Below, piece after piece: positions 20,233-30,241 of a stretch of DNA of 64,000 nt; the first letter of the stretch is position 1; every line of letters starts with the position of its first letter. The notes under the pieces were generated by a model. That model was given only the letters and a program-made list of their open reading frames with translations. It ran no database searches and was not told the origin of the DNA. The stretch lies in the NCBI GenBank assembly GCA_963845565.1, contig CAWJSJ010000001.1, positions 128,001 to 192,000 on the forward strand. The letters are read 5' to 3'. The stretch comes from an uncultured Methylomirabilota bacterium. GTDB lineage: Bacteria; Methylomirabilota; Methylomirabilia; Methylomirabilales; 2-02-FULL-66-22. The position numbers and the translations under genes are program-made.

Positions 20233-21261
20233 TTAGAGCGAGATCGGGTACCGGCCGTATTTTTGCACGGCCCGGGAGAGGGCCAGGACGTTCTCCGGAA
20301 GCAGGTAGCCGGCCAGGCTATTTCCGCTGGTCACGATGTAGCCCCCGCCGGGCCCCACGTCGCGGATGAGGTCGTGGACCTCGCGATCCACCGCGTCAGG
20401 GGCGCCCATCCCGAGGAGATTGAGATCCACGTTTCCGAGGACGCAGGCGCGGTCGCCGTAGGCGCGCTTGACCTCGCGGATGTCCACGGCCCCCTTCTCG
20501 TTGGGGTGCAGACCGATGACCCCGACGCTGAGGAGGTCGTCCACGAAGGGGAGAATGTTCCCGTCGCTGTGGATGAACCAGGGGAGGGTGATCTTCTCGG
20601 CCACCCGCCGGTACCGCGGAAGCACCAGGTCCCTGAACACGGCGGGGGAGAAGAAGGGGTCGGTGTTGAACGCCATGTCGTCGGTGGATGCGAAGACGTC
20701 AAAGCCCATCCGGCAGACGCGCTCGGCCACCACGACGATCCAGTCCACGTAGCGATCGAGGACCGCCTCGACGAACGGGCGATTGTCGTACAGCGCCAGA
20801 CAGAAGTTCTCCGTGCCGAGACTGAGCATGGTGGGAAAGATGCCGATCCGCGTCACGAACCAGGCGGAGTAGTCCCCTTTCTTCTCCAGGAAGGCCGCGG
20901 CTCCCGCGTAGAGCGCGTCGTCGGTCGGATCCGGGAGTTGCAGCAGGGCGAGATCGGCCTCCGTCCTGATCAAGCCGTCACCGTAGAACAGTCGACCGTC
21001 CTGCCCGGCTTCCTTGTGGGCGTAGACGGGTGCGCGCAGGACGTAGCTCAGGTTGTCCAGTTTCAGGAAGCCGGCCAAGGCTTTGGCCTCGTCCGCCGTG
21101 TAGGCATTGGCCTCGAGGTTCGACGCCTGGCTCGCCGGGGCCCCCCAGCCCATCAGGCGCTGGGCCAAGGCGCGGTCCACGCCGAGCTCGCAGTAGGGCA
21201 CCCGATCCGGTTGGCGCCGGCTGAGTGCGGTCAACACCCGTTCCCGTGAGGTCATGGTCAT
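20233..21261 (-). CDS. Uroporphyrinogen decarboxylase (URO-D/MtaA-like) family protein
   Basis: MTSRERV...PDRVP, DDMA, HSDGNI, GNVD and GGGYIVTSGNS. Confidence 0.88.
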   Translation of the reverse strand: MTMTSRERVLTALSRRQPDRVPYCELGVDRALAQRLMGWGAPASQASNLEANAYTADEAKALAGFLKLDNLSYVLRAPVYAHKEAGQDGRLFYGDGLIRTEADLALLQLPDPTDDALYAGAAAFLEKKGDYSAWFVTRIGIFPTMLSLGTENFCLALYDNRPFVEAVLDRYVDWIVVVAERVCRMGFDVFASTDDMAFNTDPFFSPAVFRDLVLPRYRRVAEKITLPWFIHSDGNILPFVDDLLSVGVIGLHPNEKGAVDIREVKRAYGDRACVLGNVDLNLLGMGAPDAVDREVHDLIRDVGPGGGYIVTSGNSLAGYLLPENVLALSRAVQKYGRYPISL

Positions 21262-21376
21262 CACACTCCTCCTCCAGTGGCAAGAGGGAACGCGTGGCAA
21301 CGGGCGCACGCGTCCCGGGGTGTCCGAGGCGGCAGGTGTCCGGGTGACGCCCTGCCGAAATGCTCGCCGGGCTCCG

Positions 21377-21405
21377 ACGCTATCGAATGTGCCCCTGCCT
21401 GTCAA
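21377..21405 (-). promoter_or_regulatory. Sigma70-like promoter of the URO-D family gene
   Basis: TTGACA-17-TAGCGT. Confidence 0.55.
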
Positions 21406-21578
21406 GCGAGACCTCCGCGCCGTATGCGGGAGCCGCTGCGCTTTTTTGGTTGCGCCGCGGTTGCCTCCTGCGCTATTCATTCCAGGAGTTCGCGGCGGGC
21501 GCGCCCCCGCGGGACGCTCCGCTTCCGGCGCTGATTGATTCAGAGGGGCTCACCGGTGAGCTTGGACGGAGGAACGGT

Positions 21579-23534
21579 GTGTCGACTGTGAGTGCTCCGA
21601 TGGGAAGGAAGTCCACGATCCTGGTGGTGGAGGACGAGGTCGGGATCGCGCGCATGATCCAGGTCCTGCTCGAGGCGCGCGGTTTCGCCACGGTGGTCTG
21701 CCATTCGGGCGATGAGGCCCTCCGCCGCATTGCGGAACGTCCCGTCGATCTGGTCCTGCTGGACGTGATGATGCCCGGGATGGATGGGTACGAGGTGTGC
21801 CGCCGCCTGAAGGCCGACCAGCAGTGGCGTCACATCCCGGTGGTCATGCTGACCGCCAAGGATACCACCCGGGACATGGTCGTGGGCCTGGAGATCGGCG
21901 CCGACGATTACATCACCAAACCGTTCAACACCGACGAGTTGATCGCGCGCATCAAGGTGCTCCTCCGCATCCGGGGCATGAGCCTCGAACTGATGGGTCG
22001 GAACCGGGAGTTGCAGGCGCTGAACGCCGTGGCGCTGGCGGTCAACCGGTCGCTCGGCTTGGAGGAGATCCTCGACGGCGCCGTGGCCGGGATCATGGAA
22101 AGCCTCGGGCTGGCGGCCGGGCTGGTCCACCTCATCGAGCCCGGCCGGGGCCACTTGTTGCTCCGCGCCTGGCGCGGGCTCGAGGCCGGGCCCCAGGACG
22201 CGCTTCGGTCGCTGGCGCCGGGCTCGGGCTGGATCTGGGCGGCGCTGGAGCGGGACGAGCCCCTGCTCGTGGCCGACGCGGCCCAGATGGCCGGGCTCGG
22301 TATCCTGCCGGGCGGGCCGCCGCAACCGGCGGCCATCATCCCGCTCCGGTTCCAAGACCAACGCCTGGGGGTGTTGACCGTCCTGGGACATCCCGGGCAA
22401 CACTTCTCGGGCGAAGAGGCCGGCGTGATGCCCAGCATCGGGCGCCAGGTGTCCATTGCCCTGGAGAACTCCCGCCTCTACACGGAGACGCGCCGCAAGG
22501 CGCAGGAGTTCGAGGCGCTGTATCAGGTCAGCCGCACGATGGCCTCGACGCTTGACCTGCAAAACATCCTGACGCGCATCAGCGAGACGGTCTCGAGCCT
22601 CCTGCAGGCTCAGGCGATGTCGCTGATGCTCCTCGGCCCCGATGGGCGCAGCCTGTCCACGGTGGCGGGCTACAATCTCTTCGACGAGGCCTTTCCGGAC
22701 GCCGGGGAGGTCCATCGCGGCCTGAGCCCCAGCCTGGTCGCCGTGCGGGAAAAGCGGCTAGTGATGGTCTCCGACGTTCGGACCGATGCGGTGTACGGGG
22801 CGTGGCTCCGACTGGCCGGCGACCGCGGGTTCAGCTCGTTTCTGGCCATTCCACTGATTGTCCACGATCGTGCCTTGGGGTGCATGAATCTCTACATGAT
22901 CGAACGCCATGAGTTCGGGTCGGAGGAGATCCAACTGCTCTCGACGTTCGCCAGCCAGGCGGCGGTGTCGATCGAGAACGCCCGACTCTTCGAGGAGGCG
23001 CGGAAGCTCGCCATCACCGATCCGTTGACCGGGCTCGCGAACCATCGCCAGTTCTACGACCAGCTGGCGCGCGAATTCCGACGCGCGCAGCGCTATCAGC
23101 GTCCGCTGACGTTGCTGATGCTCGACCTCGATCATTTCAAGGCCTTCAACGACCAGCACGGCCACTTGGCGGGTGACCAGGCGTTGCGGGAGACGGCGGA
23201 CATCCTGCGGCAAAACGCCCGGTCGGTGGACCTGCTGGCGCGATACGGCGGGGAGGAGTTCGCCATCATCCTGCCGGAAACCGATCTGGTCCGCGCTGCG
23301 GCCCACGCCGAGCGTATTCGCAGCGCCGTGGCGAGTCACGTCTTCGAAAGCCAGGAGACGGGCCAGGAACACCGGGTGACGATCAGCATCGGGGTGGCCG
23401 TGCTCACGGCAGTCACAAAGAAGATCGAAGACCTCGTCCACGACGCCGACCAGGCGATGTACCGAGCCAAGGCCGGCGGACGGAACCGGCTCGAGCTGGT
23501 GCCGGGGGGGAACGACGAGCCGCCGCCCGCCTGA
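21579..23534 (+). CDS. Diguanylate cyclase (REC-GAF-GAF-GGDEF)
   Basis: REC, two GAF-like segments, DPLTGLAN, DLDHFK, RxxD I-site (RSVD) and GGEEF. Confidence 0.93.
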   Translation: MSTVSAPMGRKSTILVVEDEVGIARMIQVLLEARGFATVVCHSGDEALRRIAERPVDLVLLDVMMPGMDGYEVCRRLKADQQWRHIPVVMLTAKDTTRDMVVGLEIGADDYITKPFNTDELIARIKVLLRIRGMSLELMGRNRELQALNAVALAVNRSLGLEEILDGAVAGIMESLGLAAGLVHLIEPGRGHLLLRAWRGLEAGPQDALRSLAPGSGWIWAALERDEPLLVADAAQMAGLGILPGGPPQPAAIIPLRFQDQRLGVLTVLGHPGQHFSGEEAGVMPSIGRQVSIALENSRLYTETRRKAQEFEALYQVSRTMASTLDLQNILTRISETVSSLLQAQAMSLMLLGPDGRSLSTVAGYNLFDEAFPDAGEVHRGLSPSLVAVREKRLVMVSDVRTDAVYGAWLRLAGDRGFSSFLAIPLIVHDRALGCMNLYMIERHEFGSEEIQLLSTFASQAAVSIENARLFEEARKLAITDPLTGLANHRQFYDQLAREFRRAQRYQRPLTLLMLDLDHFKAFNDQHGHLAGDQALRETADILRQNARSVDLLARYGGEEFAIILPETDLVRAAAHAERIRSAVASHVFESQETGQEHRVTISIGVAVLTAVTKKIEDLVHDADQAMYRAKAGGRNRLELVPGGNDEPPPA

Positions 23535-23700
23535 GATCGCCGGTGCCCACCGCGTCGTTGCCCTTCCCCGCCATCCGGACACACGACCGCCCCGCCCGGC
23601 GGGATGGCGAGGCGGGCGCTGCTCGGAGCGGCCCGGTCTGATCGCGGGGGCCCGAGCGGCCGTGTACGGTGCCTGGACACAGGCGAGACAGGGAAGACCC

Positions 23701-25077
23701 ATGAAGCGACCGACGACGGACGGGGCGGGCCCGCCGGTGACCGTCAGTATCCTCAACCTCGGCTGCCCGAAGAACCAGGTGGACGCGGAGGTGATGCTGG
23801 CCCAGCTCAGGGCGGCCGGATACGCGGTGGCCGATGCGCCCGAAAGGGCGGACGTCGTGGTCGTGAACAGCTGTAGCTTCATTCAGGATGCCAAGGAAGA
23901 GTCCATCCAGACCATCCTGGAGGCAGCCGCCCTGAAGCGCACCGGCCGGTGTCGGGCCCTCCTGGTGAGCGGATGCCTGCCGCAGCGCTACCCCCACGAC
24001 CTTCCCGCACTCCTGCCCGAGGTGGACGGCTTTATCGGAACGGGAGAGTTCCCCCGCATCGCCGAGATCGTCCGCGCGGTGTTGCGAGGGAAGCCGGGCG
24101 ACCGGGTATGGGTGACCGGCCACACGGCCCTGATGACCGCGGCGCTGCCGCGGTTGCGCCTCACGCCCGGTCATTTCGCGTACCTCAAGATTGCCGAGGG
24201 GTGCGACCACACCTGCCGGTTCTGCGCCATCCCTGCGATCCGCGGGCCGCTGCGCAGTCGGCCGCGCGCCGATGTCGTGGCCGAAGCGCGCCACCTGGCG
24301 GCGGAGGGAGTCCGGGAGATCGTCCTGATCTCCCAGGACACCACCAGCTACGGCGCCGATCGCGGCGAACCGCGGGGGCTGGTGGCGTTGCTGGAAGCGC
24401 TGCTGCGGATTCCGTCGTTTCGCTGGATCCGGCTCCACTACCTGTATCCCAGCCGGATCACCCCGGAACTCATCGCGCTTCTTGCCGCGGAACCGCGGTT
24501 GTGCCGATATCTGGACGTGCCCCTCCAACACGCGGATGCGACCATCCTGAAGGCGATGGGACGCGGCGGCAGCCCCGGGAGTCTGCGCCGGTTGATCGGG
24601 CGCATTCGCCGGGCGGTGCCGGGTGTCGTGATTCGGACCTCGTTTATTACCGGATTTCCCGGGGAGACGGCAGCGCAGTTCGTCGTCCTGCGCCGCTTTG
24701 TCCGCGAGATGCGTTTCGACCGCGTCGGCGTGTTCCGCTACTCCGACGAGGAGGGCACCGCCGCAGCCGCCCTGGTGCCCAAGGTGTCCCGACGCGTAGC
24801 GGAGGCGCGGCGCGCGCGCCTGATGGCGGTGCAGGCGACCATTGCGGAGGAGACGGGACGGGCACTTCTCGGCACGATCCAGGAGGTCGTGGTAGACGGG
24901 CCGGCGCCGGAATCGCCCGGGATCCAGTGCGGGCGCACGGCGGGCCATGCGCCGGAGGTGGACGGCACGGTCTTTCTGCGGGGGCCCGCCGTGGCCCCCG
25001 GCACGTTCGTGCGTGCGCGAATCCGGGAAGCGTTCCAGCACGATCTGACGGGCGAGATCATCGAGGTGACGGGGTAG
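23701..25077 (+). CDS. rimO: Ribosomal protein S12 methylthiotransferase
   Basis: LGCPKNQVD, NSCSFI, AYLKIAEGCDHTCRFC, RLHYLYP and APEVDG. Confidence 0.95.
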   Translation: MKRPTTDGAGPPVTVSILNLGCPKNQVDAEVMLAQLRAAGYAVADAPERADVVVVNSCSFIQDAKEESIQTILEAAALKRTGRCRALLVSGCLPQRYPHDLPALLPEVDGFIGTGEFPRIAEIVRAVLRGKPGDRVWVTGHTALMTAALPRLRLTPGHFAYLKIAEGCDHTCRFCAIPAIRGPLRSRPRADVVAEARHLAAEGVREIVLISQDTTSYGADRGEPRGLVALLEALLRIPSFRWIRLHYLYPSRITPELIALLAAEPRLCRYLDVPLQHADATILKAMGRGGSPGSLRRLIGRIRRAVPGVVIRTSFITGFPGETAAQFVVLRRFVREMRFDRVGVFRYSDEEGTAAAALVPKVSRRVAEARRARLMAVQATIAEETGRALLGTIQEVVVDGPAPESPGIQCGRTAGHAPEVDGTVFLRGPAVAPGTFVRARIREAFQHDLTGEIIEVTG

Positions 25078-25079
25078 AC

Positions 25080-25580
25080 ATGTCTGCGCGCAAATCGAAG
25101 GGGGAAACCACGATGCAGCCTGCGGCCGGGTCGGCCGCGCAGCGCCTGGCGACGGTGGGTGGGATCGGCCGGGTGCCGCTGGCGCCGGGGACGGCCGGGA
25201 GCCTGGTCGGCCTGGTGCTGAGCCTTCCGCTGCTGTCCCTCGGCTGGCCGCTGCACCTGGCGGCCGCGCTGCTCCTGGCGGCGATCGCCGTGATCGTCGC
25301 CGGACGGGCCGCGGGGGAGTTGGGCCATCGCGACCCGCCGTCGGTGGTGATCGACGAGGTGGTGGGGATGTGTGTCGCGGCGCTGGCGCTCCCCTTTCGG
25401 GCGTACGATCTCTGTGCGGTGTTCCTGTTGTTCCGACTGTTCGATGTGGTCAAGCCCGCCCCCATCCCCCGGCTGGAGCGGTTGCCCGGGGGGTTCGGCG
25501 TCGTCGCCGACGACGTCGCGGCCGGACTCCTGGCACGGGCGACCTGGTGGTTGCTGAAGGTCAATTTCGATTTCTTGTGA
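25080..25580 (+). CDS. pgpA: Phosphatidylglycerophosphatase A
   Basis: APGTAGS, DPPSVVIDEVVG, FRLFDVVKP and GGFGVVADD. Confidence 0.92.
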   Translation: MSARKSKGETTMQPAAGSAAQRLATVGGIGRVPLAPGTAGSLVGLVLSLPLLSLGWPLHLAAALLLAAIAVIVAGRAAGELGHRDPPSVVIDEVVGMCVAALALPFRAYDLCAVFLLFRLFDVVKPAPIPRLERLPGGFGVVADDVAAGLLARATWWLLKVNFDFL

Positions 25581-25615
25581 GTCGACGGTTGGGGAATGTC
25601 GCCGAAGGAGCGGGC

Positions 25616-26872
25616 ATGGGTGCGGAACTGCTGACCATCGGGACGGAGTTGCTGCTCGGGCAGATCGTGGATACCAACGCAAGCTGGATGTCCCAGCGGC
25701 TGGCCGAGGCGGGCATCGACGTGTTTTACAAGAGCACGGTGGGAGATAACTGGGGTCGGATCGAAGCGGCCATCCGGTTGGCCATGTCCCGCGCCGACGT
25801 GATCATCATGACCGGCGGCCTCGGGCCGACGGAAGACGATCTGACGCGCGACGTCCTGGCGGCGGTCCTGGACCGACCGCTCCATCTCGACGCCGCGATC
25901 CTGGCGCACATCGAGGAGCGGTTCGCCAGGCGACGCGTCCCGATGCCCGAGAATAACCGGAAGCAGGCCATGGTTCCGGAGGGGGCGGCCGTGCTGCACA
26001 ACCCCCGCGGGACGGCGCCCGGCCTGCTGATCCGGGCGGCGGGGCGCGTCTTGGTCTGCATGCCCGGGGTGCCCTCGGAGATGAAGCCGATGCTCTTGGA
26101 GCAGGTGATCCCGGAGATCCGGGGCGCCTTTGGCATCCAGAGTCGGATCGTGTCCCGGGTGCTCAAGACCTGCGGCATCAGCGAGTCCACGCTGGATATG
26201 CGCATCGGGGACTATTTCCGCGACATGCGCAACCCCACCATCGGCGTGCTGGCGCACATGGGCGAGATCCACGTCCGGTTGACCTGCAAGGGAGAAGAGC
26301 CGGCGGAGATCCAGCGACTGCTCGACGATCTGGAGGGGAAGATCCGCGAGCGGCTCGGGCACTTGGTGTTCGGCCGGGACGACGAGAAGCTGGAGGCGGT
26401 AGTCGGGGGTCTCCTCCGCGACCGGACGGGGACGCTCGCCGTGGCGGAATCCTGCACCGGAGGCCTGGTCGCCTCGCGGCTCACCGATATCCCGGGGAGC
26501 TCCGACTATATTGAGTGCGGGGTGGTGGCCTACAGCCTGTCGGCGAAGCGGGACCTCCTGCAGGTGCCCGCGGGGCTGATCGAACGGTCGGGCGTTGTGA
26601 GTCTCGAGGTTGCGCGGGCCATGGCGGAGGGGGTCCGGCGGCAGGCGGGCACGACGTTCGGGCTCGCCACGACAGGCATCGCGGGTCCGGCGGGCGGGAC
26701 GCCGGAGAAACCGGTGGGGCTCGTCTACGTGGGCCTGGCGTGGTCCGGCGGGTCCGGCGGGCGGGAGTTCCGGATCCTGGGGGAGCGGGAGCAGATCAAG
26801 TTTCGCGCCTCGCAGATGGCCCTGGAGATGCTGCGACGCCACCTGCTGGGAATCCCCATGGACGAGCTTTGA
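25616..26872 (+). CDS. cinA: Competence/damage-inducible protein CinA (NMN deamidase fusion)
   Basis: IGTELLLGQIVDTN, GGLGPTEDDLT, AESCTGG and TGIAGP. Confidence 0.95.
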   Translation: MGAELLTIGTELLLGQIVDTNASWMSQRLAEAGIDVFYKSTVGDNWGRIEAAIRLAMSRADVIIMTGGLGPTEDDLTRDVLAAVLDRPLHLDAAILAHIEERFARRRVPMPENNRKQAMVPEGAAVLHNPRGTAPGLLIRAAGRVLVCMPGVPSEMKPMLLEQVIPEIRGAFGIQSRIVSRVLKTCGISESTLDMRIGDYFRDMRNPTIGVLAHMGEIHVRLTCKGEEPAEIQRLLDDLEGKIRERLGHLVFGRDDEKLEAVVGGLLRDRTGTLAVAESCTGGLVASRLTDIPGSSDYIECGVVAYSLSAKRDLLQVPAGLIERSGVVSLEVARAMAEGVRRQAGTTFGLATTGIAGPAGGTPEKPVGLVYVGLAWSGGSGGREFRILGEREQIKFRASQMALEMLRRHLLGIPMDEL

Positions 26873-26935
26873 CGGATTGGCCTTGCCGATTGGGGTGGCC
26901 ACACTCCGGCGCGCCCCGGTTTCTCCTGGCCGCCC

Positions 26936-26968
26936 TCAATCGTCAATCGTCAATCGTCAATCAACAAT
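26936..26968 (+). repeat. Heptamer tandem repeat (TCAATCG)x3 plus degenerate copies
   Basis: tcaatcg tcaatcg tcaatcg tcaatca acaat. Confidence 0.8.
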
Positions 26969-26984
26969 GGAGTGTCGGTTCCAC

Positions 26985-27545
26985 ATGCGTCTCTTCGTGG
27001 CGGTGCATCTTCCGGCGGAGATCCGCGAACGGCTGGCAACGGTCCAGGACCGCCTGCGCCGGGCCCAGGCCGACGTCAGTTGGGTGAAGCCCGGGAACCT
27101 CCACATCACGCTCAAGTTTCTTGGCGAGACGGAGCCGACACGACTGGACCGCATTCGACCGGCCCTGGCGGATGGGGCGCAGAACGTGGCCGCCTTCGCG
27201 GCGGAGGTCGCAGGGGTCGGGACGTTCGGCGGCCGGATTCCCCGGGTGGTGTGGGTGGGGGTCAGGGACGGGGCCGAGCCGCTGGCGGCGCTCGCCGGAG
27301 CGGTAGAGGATGCGCTGGCCGGGGTGGGGTTTCCGAGGGAGAGGCGAGGCTTCACCGCCCATTTCACCCTGGGGCGGGTCCGATCTCCGCGGAACATCGA
27401 GGCCCTGCTCGACGCGCTCCGGGCGGAGCCGGCGGACGGTTTCGGGACGGCGCGCGTGGACCAGGTTTCTCTGATGGAGAGCGTGCTGGATCCGGCCGGG
27501 TCGATCTACACGGTGCGGGATCGGTTTTCCTTGCGATCAACCTGA
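26985..27545 (+). CDS. thpR: RNA 2',3'-cyclic phosphodiesterase (2H family)
   Basis: MRLFVA start and two HxT motifs (HITL, HFTL). Follows cinA. Confidence 0.92.
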   Translation: MRLFVAVHLPAEIRERLATVQDRLRRAQADVSWVKPGNLHITLKFLGETEPTRLDRIRPALADGAQNVAAFAAEVAGVGTFGGRIPRVVWVGVRDGAEPLAALAGAVEDALAGVGFPRERRGFTAHFTLGRVRSPRNIEALLDALRAEPADGFGTARVDQVSLMESVLDPAGSIYTVRDRFSLRST

Positions 27546-27568
27546 GGGCGGGGGCGGGAGGAGCGACG

Positions 27569-28897
27569 ATGGACGTCAGCGAGTTGCGGCAGTCGGCGCG
27601 GGCAATCTTCGATGCGGCCGTCCGGGCGGTGGACCCCGCCGAGGCCATCCGGCGTCACCTCGTGCGGCAGGGGGACCGCCTGACCGTCGGCGGCGAGGCG
27701 GTGGATTTGCAGCGTGTCCGGCGGATCGTGGTGGTGGGTCTTGGCAAGGCCGGGGCGCCCATGGCGGCCGCAGTGGAGGAGATCCTCGGAGATCGGATCG
27801 ACGCGGGCGTGGTGGTGACGAAGTACGGTCACGTCCAGCCGACGCGAACGATCCGGCTTCACGAGGCCGGCCATCCGGTGCCCGACGATGCCGGGATCGC
27901 CGGGGCGCAGGCCGTGCTGGACCAGGTACACGGCCTCGGGCCGGACGACCTGGTGCTGGTGCTCATCTCCGGCGGCGGGTCGGCGCTCACGCCTGCGCCG
28001 GTCGCGGGCATCACGCTGGCGGAGAAACAGGCCCTGACCAAGTCGCTCCTGGCGTGCGGCGCGGATATCCGCGAAATGAACGCGCTCCGCAAGCACATCT
28101 CGCGGATCAAGGGCGGGCAGCTCGCGCGGGCTGCGGCCCCCTCCCGGGTCTTCACGCTCATCCTCTCGGACATCGTCGGCGACCCGCTGGACGCGATCGC
28201 GTCCGGTCCCACCGTCCCCGACCCCAGGACGTACGCGGACGCCCTGGCGATCCTCGACAAGTACCACATCCGTCAGGAGATCCCCGCGAGCATCCGGACG
28301 CACCTCGAGGCCGGTGCCGCCGGGCGCATTCCGGAGACGCCCAAGCCGGATGACCCTTTGTTCTCGCGCGTCCGGAGCGTCATGGTGGCGAGCAACATCC
28401 AGGCGCTCGAGGCGGCCAAGGCGGAGGCCGCGCGGCGGGGATTCCAGGCCATGATCCTTTCCTCGTTCATCGAGGGGGAGACGCGCGAGATCGCCCGCAT
28501 GCACGCGGCGCTGGCGTTGGAAGTCCGCGCCAGCGGGAATCCCCTGAAACCGCCGGTCTGTATCATCACCGGCGGAGAGACGACCGTGACGCTGAAAGGC
28601 AAGGGCAAGGGAGGGCGCAACCAAGAGTTCGCCCTGGCGGCCGCTCTGGACATCGCCGGGCTGCCGGACACCGTAATCCTGAGCGCCGGGACCGACGGTA
28701 CGGACGGGCCGACGGACGCCGCGGGTGCACTGGCCGACGGCGCCACGGTGTCGCGGGCCGTCGGTCTGGGGCTCGCGCCGCGCGCGGCGCTGGACGGCAA
28801 CGACGCGTATCCCTTCTTCCAGCGGCTGGGAGATCTTGTGATGACCGGTCCCACCCGCACCAACGTCATGGATGTGCGGCTGGTGCTGGTCGGCTAG
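27569..28897 (+). CDS. Glycerate kinase type 2 (MOFRL family)
   Basis: GKAG, HPVPD, LISGGGSAL, KGGQLA, GGETTV, GGRNQE, TDGTDG and TNVMD. Confidence 0.93.
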   Translation: MDVSELRQSARAIFDAAVRAVDPAEAIRRHLVRQGDRLTVGGEAVDLQRVRRIVVVGLGKAGAPMAAAVEEILGDRIDAGVVVTKYGHVQPTRTIRLHEAGHPVPDDAGIAGAQAVLDQVHGLGPDDLVLVLISGGGSALTPAPVAGITLAEKQALTKSLLACGADIREMNALRKHISRIKGGQLARAAAPSRVFTLILSDIVGDPLDAIASGPTVPDPRTYADALAILDKYHIRQEIPASIRTHLEAGAAGRIPETPKPDDPLFSRVRSVMVASNIQALEAAKAEAARRGFQAMILSSFIEGETREIARMHAALALEVRASGNPLKPPVCIITGGETTVTLKGKGKGGRNQEFALAAALDIAGLPDTVILSAGTDGTDGPTDAAGALADGATVSRAVGLGLAPRAALDGNDAYPFFQRLGDLVMTGPTRTNVMDVRLVLVG

Positions 28898-29011
28898 CGT
28901 GCCCCGACGCGCAGCCGGACGGCGACGCGAACCGCTGCCATGCGGCCGTCCGACTGCGCGCGCGGCCGGCCACCCACCGACCGACTCCGCGAAGGAGGCG
29001 TGCGGCAGGCC

Positions 29012-30160
29012 ATGCCCGGCTCGATGACTCCTCCCCGCCAGTCCCTCTACAGCAAGCCGTTCATCCTCGCGGCGGCGGCGAATTTCCTCTTCTTTTCCAG
29101 CCTCAACGCCTACACGCTCCTGCCCCTGTACATCCAGCAACTTGGCGGTCGCGAGGGCGAAATCGGCACGATCATGGCCATGTATTCGGTGGCCGCCATC
29201 CTGTGCCAGCTCGGGATAGGACCCCTCATCGATCGGTTCGGCCGCAAGCCGTTCATCCTGCTCGGGGCGCTCCTGGTGACCGCCGTCCCGGTGGCGTTCC
29301 TCTTCTCCACGCGTCTGGGGTGGCCTTTCTATGCGTTACGCTTTCTGCAGGGGATGGCGTTTGCCGCGTTCATGACCAGCAATTTGACGCTCCTCGCCGA
29401 TCTGGTCCCGGCCAGTCGTCGGGCGGAAGCCGTCGGCGTCTTTGGAGTGTCGGGGCTCGTGACGATCGCGCTGGCCCCGGCCCTCGGGGAGATCGTGCTG
29501 CGCGCCTCTGGTTTTCCCGCGCTCTTCGCCGGAACTGTGTTGTTGGGGATCGCGACGCTGGCCGTGTGCCTGATGACGGAGGTGCCGACACCCATGGCCG
29601 TGGAGACGCCACGCGCTCTGGGACCGGGGTTCTGGCGCACGTTCACGCCCGTCATCGTCGCGTCGTTCCAGTTCGGTCTCGCCAACTCCATCGTGTTCGT
29701 GTTTCTTCCGCCGTTTGCGCGCTACGTGGGACTCCCACGCATCGGCCCGTTCTACATCGTGTACACGCTGATGGCGGTGGCCGTGCGCTTCCTGGGGGGC
29801 CGGCTGGCGGATCGGCTGGAACGGCGGCAGGTGATCCTGCCGGCCCTGGTGGCCCTCTCGATCGGCGTCTTGCTGTTCAGCGGCCTCCAGTCCACCTGGA
29901 TGCTGGTTCTGATCGCGTTCATCAACGGCACGGCGCATGGCTTCGTGTACCCCGCAGTGAGCGCCATGGCCTTCGATCGAGCCCCCGCCGGGGCGCGGGG
30001 CCGGGCGCTGGCCGTCTTCAATACGGCGGTCCTGGCAGGGGTGACCACCGGTGCGGTCGGGTTCGGGTGGTTCGTGGAACTCGTGGGCTACCGGCCGGGT
30101 TTTGTCGCGCTCGGGTTGTTGCTGGCGCTTGGGGCAGGGGTGTTCTGGCGGAAACGCTAG
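29012..30160 (+). CDS. MFS transporter
   Basis: About 12 TM segments; motif A (GPLIDRFGRK, GRLADRLERR). Confidence 0.9.
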   Translation: MPGSMTPPRQSLYSKPFILAAAANFLFFSSLNAYTLLPLYIQQLGGREGEIGTIMAMYSVAAILCQLGIGPLIDRFGRKPFILLGALLVTAVPVAFLFSTRLGWPFYALRFLQGMAFAAFMTSNLTLLADLVPASRRAEAVGVFGVSGLVTIALAPALGEIVLRASGFPALFAGTVLLGIATLAVCLMTEVPTPMAVETPRALGPGFWRTFTPVIVASFQFGLANSIVFVFLPPFARYVGLPRIGPFYIVYTLMAVAVRFLGGRLADRLERRQVILPALVALSIGVLLFSGLQSTWMLVLIAFINGTAHGFVYPAVSAMAFDRAPAGARGRALAVFNTAVLAGVTTGAVGFGWFVELVGYRPGFVALGLLLALGAGVFWRKR

Positions 30161-30241
30161 GGGCGTCGCCGATTGGCGTTGCGGGTCGGGCGGAGCTTTG
30201 CTAGCCTCTGCGCAGCCCGACACGAAGCCTCCGGTCCTCCG

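Noticed and set aside
26936..26968. CRISPR array
   Set aside because: Only 7-bp tandem units without spacers, and no cas genes in the window.
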